Source: Macrostomum hystrix
Taxonomy: Eukaryota; Animalia; Platyhelminthes
Direction of reading: 5' to 3'
Length of the DNA stretch: 64,000 bases
NCBI GenBank assembly: GCA_950097015.1
Contig: CATNEN010000003.1
Location: 10,602,001-10,666,000 of the forward strand
Position 1 is the first letter of the stretch; each line of letters starts with the position of its first letter. The notes beneath the pieces were generated by a model that did not search any database, was not told the DNA's origin, and saw only the letters and a list, made by a program, of their open reading frames with translations. Both the position numbers and the translations under genes were made by a program. Below, piece by piece: positions 1 through 11,869 of the stretch.

Positions 1-1370
1 CTCCTGAACCTTCAGGGATGCTCTTTAATTCCTGAACCTTCAGGGATGTTTCTCTATTTCTGAACCTTCAGGGATGTTTCTCTATTCCTGAACCTTCAGG
101 GATGCTTCTCAATTTTTGAACCTTCAGGCATGCTTCTCTACTCCTGAACCTTCAGGGATGCTTATCAATTCCTGAACCTTCAGGCATGCTTCTCTACTCC
201 TGAACCTTCAGGGATGCTTTTGAATTCCTGAACCTTCAGGGACAATCTTCAATTCCTGAACCTTCAGGGATGCTCTCATATTCCTGAACTTTCAGGGACG
301 TTTCTCTATTCCTGAACCTTCAGGGATGTTTCTCTATTCCTGAACATTAAGGGATGTTTCTCAATTCCTGAACCTTCAGAGATGCTTCTCAATTCCTGAA
401 CCTTCAGGGATGCTCTCATATTCCTGAACCTTCAGAGATGCTCTCATATTCCTGAACTTTCAGGGACGTTTCTCTATTCCTGAACCTTCAGGGATGTTTC
501 TCTATTCCTGAACATTAAGGGATGTTTCTCAATTCCTGAACCTTCAGAGATGCTTCTCAATTCCTGAACCTTCAGGGATGCTCTCATATTTCTGAACCTT
601 CAGGCATGCTTCTCTACTCCTGAACCTTCAGGGATGCTCTTTAATTCCTGAACCTTCAGGGATACTCTTCAATTCCTGAACCTTCAGGGATGTTTCTCTA
701 TTTCTGAACCTTCAGGGATGTTTCTCTATTTCTGAACCTTCAGGCATGCTTCTCTACTCCTGAACCTTCAGGGATGCTTATCAATTCCTGAACCTTCAGG
801 CATGCTTCTCTACTCCTGAACCTTCAGGGATGCTTTTTAATTCCTGAACCTTAAGGGATAATCTTCAATTCCTGAACCTTCAGGGATGCTCTTCAATTCC
901 TGAACCTTCAGGGATGCTCTCATATTCCTGAACTTTCAGGATCGTTTCTCTATTCCTGAACCTTCAGGGATGTTTCTCTATTCCTGAACATTAAGGGATG
1001 TTTCTCAGTTCCTGAACCTTCAGGGATGCTCTCATATTTCTGAACCTTCAGGCATGCTTCTCTACTCCTGAACCTTCAGGGATGCTCTTTAATTCCTGAA
1101 CCTTTAGGCATGCTTCTCTACTCCTGAACCTTCAGGGATGCTCTTTAATTCCTGAACCTTCAGGGATACTCTTCAATTCCTGAACCTTCAGGGATGTTTC
1201 TCTATTTCTGAACCTTCAGGGATGTTTCTCTATTCCTGAACCTTCAGGGATGCTTCTCAATTTTTGAACCTTCAGGCATGCTTCTCTACTCCTGAACCTT
1301 CAGGCATGCTTCTCTACTCCTGAACCTTCAGGGATGCTCTCATATTCCTGAACCCTAAGGGATGCCCTTC
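1..1370. repeat. 28-bp minisatellite with palindromic core CCTGAA-CC-TTCAGG
   Basis: (C/T)CTGAACC recurs at 3, 31, 59, 87...; array runs off the left edge. Confidence 0.95.
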
Positions 1371-1798
1371 TATTGAATGATATATTGATTTATGTCACTT
1401 AAATGTCATAAATAGATTGCGAAACATGCTTACACACACTCTTAAATATTTGAAAATAAAATCAGGCAGTAGTATATAAAATGCAGCTATAAACTAAAAT
1501 CCATGCTATATCTATAATGAAGTGCACTAAAAGTGATACAGTTTTCTAATCTTTAAATCATATTATGTACTGTAGATGAGTAAACAATTCTCGACTGCTA
1601 TTCTTCCACACAAAAATCTGACTTTTAAAATCAACGTTCAATTTGTCAATCACCAATATTCTATTTACGAATTGTGAGTAGCATAATGAGCGCATGCTAA
1701 TTATAATAAAAATGTAAAAAAACACAAAAGGTACTAATGTGTGTTTCAGGGTTTTAAAATGGTTTCATAGACTAATTTTTTTTGTTAAAATCGTGCTG

Positions 1799-4700
1799 CT
1801 AGTTTGTAGAATCAGAATGGACGAAAGTAATTTTACCCTTGCCAACAAACATTGAAGTCTCGTAGGCTTCCGGATGCTCAATAGGCGATGTTATCGACGA
1901 AGACTGCTGCTCCGACGAATTATGATTTATTACTGATGCACTGGATGCACTACTTATAGTAGAGACTGTGCTAACAGTTTCTGTACTAGCTAGAGCACTT
2001 GTTTGAGTAGTCGATTGAGTACTAGCTTGAGTACTTGATTCTGTACTAGCTGCGGTACTAGTTTGAGTGCTAGCTTGAGTACTGGATTGTATACTAGCTT
2101 GAGTAGTAGCTTGAGTAGCTTGAGTACTAGCTTGAGTAGCTTGAGTACTAGCTTGAGTACTAGCTTGAGTAGTAGCTTGAGTACTAGCTTGAGTAGCTTG
2201 AGTAGTCGATTCCGCACTAGCTTCTGTACTAGCTACAGTACTAGTTTGAATACTAGCTACAGTACTAGATACAGTACTACTTTGAGTACTAGATTCTGTA
2301 CTAGTTTGAGTACTAGTTTGAGTACTAGTTTGAGTACTAGTTTGAGTACTAGATTCTGTACTAGCTACAGTACTAGCCTGAGTTTTAACATCAACTGTTA
2401 ACTGATCAGTTACACTTCTAATGCTAATAGATCTGCCAGAATTAGTTTGAGTACTGGTCTCCAAAAGAATTTGGTCTGCTTTTGGGTGGGGGGAATGAGA
2501 AAGAGAGACAGTTGGTTGTTGCGCATGATTTAGTTTAAAAAAAACTAATTTATCAGTAGACTAATAAAAGTTTCAAAAACACATTAAAGGAATTCAAAGT
2601 AAAAAAGCTTATTAAAGCAAGGAAAGCACGATTAGGATTGCGTTTAAAAAACAATAGATGCGATTATTTTGCTTGATAATCTATCTTATCTATCTATTTG
2701 CAGGGGGCCCGGGGCACTTGTCGCACAAGCGACGGAGCGGCACGCCCCCAGACCGGCGAACTAGGCGCTTTTGCGCCCATCGCGCCGCCTCCCCTGAGCA
2801 GGCACCACACACATCAGCAAAGACCAGCCGGGGAGGGCAGGAGGCACCCAGAATAGGCAGCAGTGTCCCCCACCCCAGCCCCACATGCACATTGCAGACC
2901 AAGCCGGGGCGGAAGGCTGATAAGAAATCAGTCCTCAGGGGGGGTGATAAGTGTACACTTATCCAATCGCGCTGACGGAAGTCCAGAAAGGGCGCGGCGG
3001 TGTACACCCGCCCTCCAGCCACCCCCCGCAAGGTCTCACGCCCCAGCGCCAACGCACACAACTCACACAACGCAGAACAGGCACACAGAAGGTAGGAGCG
3101 AAGCTATTATTTCAAGCTTTGATTGCACGAAATATGGTGCACCTCCGCCGGTCGCCTAATCGCCTAAATTAATCGTGACTTGAAGGGTGAATCGAACTAG
3201 CGTCCTTTGGAGTGCGAGGCAGCGACGTTAGCCGCTGACCCACTCGCCCCCTTTGCTAGATAATCATATCTATTGTATTCTATTTTCGACATTGACACAA
3301 CAAACGCGAACACGCACATGATTGAAGACTTCAGTGTGCTTTAAACTTCTCTCCTTGTCCCATTCTCTTCTCTCCTCCTTCTTTCTTCCCCTAACTCTCC
3401 CTCTTTCTTCCCCTATATCTTCTCTTTAATCTTCTGTCTCCCTTGCCCCTAGTCCTCTCTCTAGATCTAATTTTCTTCCGAGAGGCGTTCAAGTATTTCA
3501 ATACATATCGGGTAGTAATAATAATTAACATTTTAACTGAAAATTGGGTAAATAAGAAAATGTTATTAATTTAACCACATTAAGTCCTTACCTGGATCTC
3601 CTTTAATCGCCTCCCTAGTAACAATGGCCAGCGCGTTCATGTCGGACGTATTTTTAAAAGTGCACAGACTATTAGGCTGACAGCTGAGTAGAAAGCAGTT
3701 GTTAGGCCTGTAGTCACTGTTGCTATTATTGCTGATTGTCTCTTGAACTAGCTCGTAGATGGCCAGGTCGCATTCGCCTGGTTTGCGTAGGTGCGAGTGT
3801 GGGAGTTTGCCAATTTTCGCTTCAGGCTTCTAGAACTATCCTTCAGGTGAGCTCGCACTGAACTTCAGGCCTCTATAACTATCCTTCAGGTGAGCTCGCA
3901 CTGAACTTCAGGCCTCTATAACTAACCTTCAGGTGAGCTCGCACTGAACTTCAGGCCTCTATAACTATCCTTCAGGTGAGCTCGCACTGAACTTCAGGCC
4001 TCTATAACTATCCTTCAGGTGAGCTCGCACTGAACTTCAGGCCTCTAGAACTATCCTTCAGGTGAGCTCGCACTGAACTTCAGGCCTCTATAACTATCCT
4101 TCAGGAGAACCCGCAAAAGTACATTACACTAATTATTGATCCACCAGACCAACCAACAAAAAAAGGCTAGCAATGAGACTCTTTGATCATTGAGGGTGAT
4201 TGGGAAGAGAGGAGAGGAGGGGAGACTCATACAGTGCAGATAAAAAGCCGCTGTGCTTACATGAAAAGTCGAAAGAGAATTTTCTGTATAGTCTTGTCCA
4301 GTAGGAGTATATAATAAGGGAAATGTGACAAAACCCACAGGGAAAACATGATGAAAAAGTCCCATATATTATAGATTAAACTTTTCAGCTAAAATATTCC
4401 GAAAAATGGACGACAGCTGCCATAACTCGGAAAAACAAAATAGAATAAAATACTAAAGTGCTAAAGAAACCTCCTATTGTAAGCATAAAAAAGACAGAAT
4501 AGACGGGATAGAATCCCTAGACGGGATAGAATCCCTAGACGGGATAGAATCCCTAGACGGGATAGAATCCCTAGACGGGATAGAATCCCTAGACGGGATA
4601 GAATCCCTAGACGGGATAGAATCCCTAGACGGGATAGAATCCCTAGACGGGATAGAATCCCTAGACGGGATAGAATCCCTAGACGGGATAGAATCCCTAG

Positions 4701-5192
4701 ACGGGATAGAATCCCTAGACGGGATAGAATCCCTAGACGGGATAGAATCCCTAGACGGGATAGAATCCCTAGACGGGATAGAATCCCTAGACGGGATAGA
4801 ATCCCTAGACGGGATAGAATCCCTAGACGGGATAGAATCCCTAGACGGGATAGAATCCCTAGACGGGATAGAATCGCTAGACGGGATAGAATCCCTAGAC
4901 GGGATAAAATGCCAATGTATGCGTTCGAATCGAACCACTCACCCTCATCACAGCAGGCCTGTGCGCAAGCCAGTTTCTTGTTCTCGCCGGCAACCACAAT
5001 AGATTTGATGTACTTAACGGAAGCGCCACGCACCTCCGTAGCGGACGGATCCAAGGTGGCGCCATCCTTCAGGTCGGCGACTCCGCATTTCGCTTTCGCA
5101 GCCGAAGGCAGCAGTGGCGCAGCTTCGGCAGTCGATTTGATGGCGACAGAAATCACTGCCATAGACAGTAGCCACAGCGGTAATTGAGGCAT
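1799..5192 (-). CDS. Secreted/surface MANSC (MANEC)-domain protein with Ser/Thr-rich mucin-like region; exons ~5192-4943, 3777-3592, 2475-1799
   Basis: Signal peptide MPQLPLWLLSMAVISVAIKSTAEA. Phase-compatible GT-AG joins give CAQACCDEG-ECDLAIY...NNCFLLSCQPNSLCTF, the MANSC cysteine pattern. The 3' end could instead splice at a donor near 1836. Confidence 0.72.
2655..3252 (-). mobile_element. Putative tRNA-derived SINE (family C), intronic
   Basis: tRNA-like head on minus strand at 3250-3190 (B box GTTCGATTC), GC-rich body, ATAG-like simple-repeat tail near 2680. Confidence 0.5.
3822..4105. repeat. 43-bp minisatellite, ~6.5 copies, intronic
   Basis: CTTCAGGTGAGCTCGCACTGAACTTCAGGCCTCTATAACTATC at 3841, 3884... 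Confidence 0.95.
4495..4907. repeat. 18-bp near-perfect minisatellite, intronic
   Basis: (CTAGACGGGATAGAATCC)n; source of the LGILSR repeat ORF. Confidence 0.95.
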
Positions 5193-5713
5193 CTAGGAAA
5201 ATATTCCAGTCGTCTTATTTTGTAAGAGCTGAAGAAAAAATTCAAAGAAGCCAAAGCAATGTCAATGCTTTTAAAAGAATTAATAGAAGCCTTAAATCTG
5301 TGCGACTGAATAAAAGAATTTAGCTTTATAATCTGTTTAATCTGCTGCTTCTAAAAGGGAAAGGAAAAAAGACTTAAAAGTATTACATTTTAGAAATGAA
5401 AAGAATAAATTGTAGAAAATCAAGAGGCTTCTCTAGCTATAGCTAATCTTCAAGCAGATTCTCTCTCGGCTGATTAAAGATTGAAAAATCTCGGATTAAG
5501 GAGTAGAAGTGTTGAGTTTTAATCTGCTAGTAAGGAGTTCGAGTTGATTTTTCTATACAACAGGAAAAAATGACGGAAATTGGCGGAAAGCCGAGCTCAA
5601 TAATGATTTTTGTGTTATTGAAAAAGCTCACTGATTCTATCGCGAAAATGGAATTTGAGGACTTATTGGACTTATGAAAATTCAAGGATGTTAAGATGGC
5701 CACGAGATTAGCT

Positions 5714-6390
5714 AAGGGGAAGAAAGGAGAAGGGGAATAGAGGAGAATGGGAAAAGAGGAGAAGGGAAAAAGAAGAGATGGGGAAGATAGGAGAAGGGGA
5801 AGAGAGGAGAAGGGGAATAGAGGAGAATGGGAAAAGAGGAGAAAGGAAAAAGAAGAGATGGGGAAGATAGGAGAAGGGGAAGAAAGGAGAAGGGGAATAG
5901 AGGAGAATGGGAAAAGAGGAGAAGGGAAAAAGAAGAGATGGGGAAGATAGGAGAAGGGGAAGAGAGGAGAAAGGGAAGAAAGGAGAAGGGGAAGAGAGGG
6001 GAAGGGGAAGAGAGGGGAAGGGGAATAGAGGAGAAGGGGAAGAGAGGAGAAGGGTAAGAGAGGAGAAAGGGAAGAGAGGGGAAGGGGAAGAGAGGGGAAG
6101 GGGAATAGAGGAGAAGGGGAAGAGAGGAGAAGGGTAAGAGAGGAGAAAGGGAATAGAGGAGAAGGGTAAGAGAGGAGAAGGGTAAGAGAGGAGAAGGGTA
6201 AGAGAGGAGAAAGGGACGAAAGGAGAAGGGGGAAGAGAGGAGAAGGGTAAGAGAGGAGAAGGGGAAGAGAGGAGAAGGGGAAGAGAGGAGAATAGAGGAT
6301 AAGGGGAAGACACGAGAAGGGGGAAGAGAGGAGAAGGGGGAAGAGAGGAGAAGGGGAAGAGAGGAGAAGGGGAAGAGAGGGGAAGAGAGT
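5714..6390. repeat. Polypurine/polypyrimidine degenerate GA-rich repeat
   Basis: GAGAGGAGAAGGGGAA-like units, almost no pyrimidines on + strand. Confidence 0.9.
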
Positions 6391-6779
6391 TTATTTAGTA
6401 CTACAACTATGCACTGAATAAATTAATTATTCAAAAGACAAATTATAGGAATAAATATATTAAACAAGCAAAACATTTTATCCTGAAAACAAATAGGATT
6501 TCACAAGTCAAGCAAGGCTGATGTATCAATATTGAAAGTGGCAAATTGAACACAAATAACAACCTTAAAGTCTGTGTTACTACGAAATACGTCAAATGCT
6601 TTTCAAACCAGGAACCAAAATCATTGAATTAGTTCAATTTAGAAGAACTAAAAATAGAAATATTTTTTCATCTGAATTAATTTGCCTGATACACTCTTGA
6701 CAGCCAATCAGATGATAAAAGACATGTCAGTTTCAAACAATAGCAATTGAATAGTGGCTTTAGGCGCGCTTATTTGGTG

Positions 6780-8160
6780 ACTAAAGAACATCCTTAGACT
6801 ATGGACTAAAGACACCCTTAGACTATGGACTAAAGACACCCTTAGACTATGGACTAAAGACACCCTTAGACTATGGACTAAAGACACCCTTAGACTATGG
6901 ACTAAAGACACCCTTAGACTATGGACTAAAGACACCCTTAGACTATGGACTAAAGATACCCTTAGACTATGGACTCAAGACACCCTTAGACTATGGACTC
7001 AAGACACCCTTAGACTATGGACTCAAGACACCCTTAGACTATGGACTCAAGACACCCTTAGACTATGGACTCAAGACACCCTTAGACTATGGACTCAAGA
7101 CACCCTTAGACTATGGACTCAAGACACCCTTAGACTATGGACTAAAGACACCCTTAGACTATGGACTAAAGACACCCTTAGACTATGGACTAAAGACACC
7201 CTTAGACTATGGACTCAAGACACCCTTAGACTATGGACTAAAGACACCCTTAGACTATGGACTAAAGACACCCTTAGACTCTGGAGTAAAGACACCCTTA
7301 GACTATGGACTAAAGACACCCTTAGACTATGGACTAAAGACACCCTTAGACTATGGACTAAAGACACCCTTAGACTATGGACTAAAGACACCCTTAGACT
7401 ATGGACTAAAGACACCCTTAGACTATGGACTAAAGACACCCTTAGACTATGGACTAAAGACACCCTTAGACTATGGAGTAAAGACACCCTTAGACTCTGG
7501 AGTAAAGACACCCTTAGAATATGGACTAAAGATACCCTTAGACTCTGGAGTAAAGACACCCTTAGAATATGGACTAAAGACACCCTTAGACTATGGACTA
7601 AAGACACCCTTAGACTCTGGAGTAAAGACACCCTTAGAATATGGACTAAAGATACCCTTAGACTCTGGAGTAAAGACACCCTTAGAATATGGACTAAAGA
7701 CACCCTTAGACTATGGACTAAAGACACCCTTAGACTCTGGAGTAAAGACACCCTTAGACTCTGGAGTAAAGACACCCTTAGACTATGGACTAAAGACACC
7801 CTTAGACTCTGGAGTAAAGACACCCTTAGACTCTGGAGTAAAGACACCCTTAGACTATGGACTAAAGACACCCTTAGACTATGGACTAAAGACACCCTTA
7901 GACTATGGAGTAAAGACACCCTTAGACTCTGGAGTAAAGACACCCTTAGACTATGGACTAAAGACACCCTTAGACTCTGGAGTAAAGACACCCTTAGACT
8001 CTGGAGTAAAGACACCCTTAGACTATGGACTAAAGACACCCTTAGACTCTGGAGTAAAGACACCCTTAGACTCTGGAGTAAAGACACCCTTAGACTATGG
8101 ACTAAAGACACCCTTAGACTATGGACTAAAGACACCCTTAGAATATGGACTAACGACACC
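6780..8160. repeat. 24-bp minisatellite just downstream of the KLHDC4 stop
   Basis: (GACACCCTTAGACTATGGACTAAA)n with variant blocks. Confidence 0.95.
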
Positions 8161-8238
8161 CCAGACCTGAACTAAAGACTCCAGCAAATTCGCGTTACGT
8201 AAAGCAGAAGAATACAAAAACGCAATAAAATGTAGAGG

Positions 8239-11200
8239 TCAGTCAGCCGATGTCTGCCTATAGAAGTCTCTAGCAGCCCGCTTGGCATACTTGGCAACCA
8301 GCTGATCTGTGACGTCACTAGCTGGCCAACAGCGCCGGAGACTATGCCCGATGGCCCTAGACCAATAGGCGTCGGTGCGTTCGGCGTAATGATCAACGGA
8401 CTCTCCGGGATTCACTGGCGGCGGCGGTGCCGATTCAAAATCTTCACCCTGACCATTGTTGCTAGCTGCGGATTCTTCCTTCTGTTGCCTGTCTGCTTCT
8501 TGCTCCTCGTCATCATCATCATCATCCTCTTCATCGTCATTGTCTTGGTCGTCGTCTTCGCTATCGTCATCATCGTAGTCGGCTCCAGTTGGAGCTAAGA
8601 TCATCTTCCAGCCGTCATTTAATTTCTTCAATTCCAGGCTGTACAAATCGTCCAATATTCTGGACTTCTCATTGCCGCAGTCGGCTCCTTCGTCAACGAA
8701 ATCGTCGCCTTCGTAGATGCCGCCGAATAGATAGATTCGATCGTCCAGTACGGCCAATCCGGCGTTGATACGTTCGCATGGCGACGCCGTAGTTTTAGTG
8801 TCGGCAGCTGAAGAGTCGGTCAAATTGAAATCGATTTGGCGCCATCGTTGCTTCACTAGATCCAACTGGTAGAGCTCGTTAAACATTACTCCAGTCAGGG
8901 CTTCGTCATTTTGTTCGATGTCAAACACGCCGCCGAATGCGTAGGCTCGACTAGTCGACGGATTAACCGCGCCAGAGACGCCGCAGCGAGGCGTCGGCCG
9001 CTGACCGGAGAATTTCACCGGCTGCCAGGTTGGCAACTGTTGGGAATCCTCTGATGAACCCGTTGCTGCTGCTGCTGCTGCTGCCGCTGACTTGCCTGTG
9101 TTGAGTTGTTGAAAAAAGACAAAACGATTAGGGTAACACGTTTTGCTGAGAAAAGAGTGGGTTGACAGTCCTAGAGTGAGTCAGCAGTGAGTCAGCAGTG
9201 AGTCTTCAGTGAGTCAGCAGTGAGTCTTCAGTGAGTCAGCAGTGAGTCAGCAGTGAGTCAGCAGTGAGTCAGCAGTGAGTCTTCAGTGAGTCAGCAGTGA
9301 GTCAGCAGTGAGTCAGCAGTGAGTCAGCAGTGAGTCCGCAGTGGGTCAGAAGTGGTTTAGCAGTGAGTCAACAGTGAGTCAGCAGTGAGTCAGCAGTGAG
9401 TCAGCAGTGAGTCCGCAGTGAGTCCGCAGTGGGTCAGAAGTGGGTCAGCAGTGAGTCAGCAGTGAGTCAGCAGTGAGTCAGCAGTGAGTCAGCAGTGGGT
9501 CAGCAGTGGGTCAGCAGTGAGTCAGCAGTGAGTCAGCAGTGAGTCAGCAGTGAGTCAGCAGTGAGTCAGCAGTGAGTCCGCAGTGAGTCCGCAGTGGGTC
9601 AGAAGTGAGTCAGCAGTGAGTCAGCAGTGAGTCAGCAGTGGGTCAGCAGTGGGTCAGCAGTGAGTCAGCAGTGAGTCAGCAGTGAGTCAGCTATGAATTT
9701 TAGCAATGAGTCACTTATCTTCCCTATAAGTACACACAAAAAATCTGCCTTTAGCAGCATAAGGGTGTGTTGTTATTCTGATGTAGGTCAGAGCTATACG
9801 CACGTTTTCCTCAATCTTTGTCTCTACCTTCATAAGACTAGGAATTCCCAACCGAGTAGAGAATCCAATAAACTGGGAATTCCCAAGTGAGTACGGAATC
9901 CAATAAAGAGGGAATGCCTAGGCGCGTAAGGGAATACAAAAAACTGGGAAGAGGGGATTCCGCGTAAAGGCACAAAATCAGCTCATGGAACTCACCAAGC
10001 AAGCTCAAGGTGAAACAGTCCGTGTGCACAATGCCCTTCTCGCTGCGCCTCTCGGTTCGCTTGGCGTAGCCGCCAATCAGACACAGCCCGGCGTCCTCGG
10101 GCAGAGGAAACAGCAGGCAGGCCGAGCGAGGACTCGGCGGGGTGCCGCCAACGCGAATCTCAGTCCACATTCGAGTTTCCAAGTCGAAAGACCACAGATC
10201 GTTCAAGTAGCGAAACGCTCTGCCGTTGTCTTGGAAACCGCCAAACACTAGTAGCCTAGGCTGGGGCCGTTTAATAGTCACCATTCGATGCCCACTGCGT
10301 GAGCACGGTTGAGCAGTTGACTCTATCGAAATCTTGCGCCATTGTTTCGACTTAACTGTCCACGACCAAAGATCGTCATAGTGATGAAATTGAGACTCTG
10401 TCGGGGTGGCGAATTCGCCTCCGAATACAAACAGATGATCGCCGCCACCCGTTGTTGGCTTGGCTATGACCGCCTGCAACAATGGGCGCGATGAAAAATG
10501 ATGTTTTGTTTGGTCCTTAAAAGGGCCGTTTTGACTATATCGACTTATAATACAGTAAACATGTAGTCATAAAGAATTATGTTTATTTTAGAATAAAAAA
10601 AGTAAGAATGAAATATTTATTATAGCAACGAATCTGCTATTTAATTTTTAAACTAATCTAATAACAAATCAAGTAACGATTTTATAAAAATCGTAAAATC
10701 GTAAAAGTATTACCGAATTAGGCAGGAAGGTAAGTAACGAATTTAGAAATGATTCAATCAAAGAAACTTGAAACGAATCTAAAAAAATAATTTATAAACT
10801 AAAAAAGTAACGAATTTAATAACGAATCAACTGACCAAGTTAGGCGCGAATGAAATAGCGAAATAAGAAACACATTAAGTAACGAATTGGATCAATTAGC
10901 GGAACTAGAAACGAATTTAGAAACAAATCAAGTTACGGACTTAAAAAATAATATAGTAACGAATAAAGAAACGGAATCAAAACTAATAAAGTATAACGAA
11001 TAAAGTAACGGAATCGAAAACGAATCTAGTAACGAATAAAGTAACGAAATTAAAACGAATCTAGTAACAAATAAAGTAACGGACTTAAGAACGAATCTAG
11101 TTAATAATAAAGTAACGGACTTCAAAACTAATAAAGTAACGAATAAAGTGACAGACTAAAAAAAGCAACGAATAAAGTAACGGAATTTAAAACGAATCTA

Positions 11201-11700
11201 GTAACGAATAAAGTAAGGAACTTAAAAACAAATTTCGTAACGAATCTAGTAACGAATCCAGAACAAACCTGATGCGCACATCTAGGCGTTGGCAAAGTGC
11301 CGTTGCCTAATTGAATCCAACGATTCTCAATCGGCCTATAGACCAGGTGTTCGTTAAGCACTTTCAGTCTGCCACTATCCGGCAGTCGTTGCTCTCCGCC
11401 AAACAGATACAATTCGCTGCGTCTAGGGTTGGCTGTCCAACTAAAATTACAACGCGGACTGGGACGAAACGAGTCGCCGACGCCAGAGTCTGAGCCGGCG
11501 TCAGCTTTGCCGGCTAGTTCAACGAGAGGCCGCCATCTGGCCGATTCCTCGGCTTCCAGTTGAGCTACAACGGCAGCCACGTCGTCTTCGCCGGCTGTTT
11601 TGGCGGCTTTGCGAGCCTTCTTAGCCGCCTTGCGCTCGGTCTTGGCGGCCGTCTTCTCCGCCCCGTGGCCTTTCTTCTTGTCCTTCTTGTTCTTGCCCAT
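8239..11700 (-). CDS. KLHDC4: Kelch domain-containing protein 4 (Kel3-like); exons 11700-11269, 10473-9996, 9095-8239
   Basis: N-terminus MGKNKKDKKKGHGAEKTAAKTERK; kelch motifs PSPRCNFS, LYLFGGE, FVFGGEFATPTESQFHHYDDLW, RSGHRM, GGFQD; acidic tract; canonical splice sites in phase. Confidence 0.93.
9176..9691. repeat. 11-bp minisatellite (GTGAGTCAGCA)n in a KLHDC4 intron
   Basis: About 45 tandem units seen directly. Confidence 0.95.
10900..11260. repeat. Degenerate ~12-bp AT-rich repeat (GTAACGAATAAA) in a KLHDC4 intron
   Basis: Recurrent GTAACGAAT motif decaying leftwards. Confidence 0.8.
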
Positions 11701-11869
11701 GGAGACTGCGCGACTGGCTGCAGACAAACTTGGATTCTTCTTAGAATCTAAATATGGAAATCTCACACTCTACTATACTTACTTCAAGCTATCTCATCAT
11801 CTATCTCTCAATTCTTAGGCAATTGGAAATATCAACCAGTAAGTAGGGGATATCTCATTATCAATCAAC

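Noticed and set aside
1-1370. CRISPR-like palindromic 28-bp repeat
   Set aside because: Units are contiguous with no unique spacers, there are no cas genes, and the context is eukaryotic
2658-3172. Overlapping GC-rich ORFs
   Set aside because: They lie within an intronic SINE-like insertion with no protein-like features
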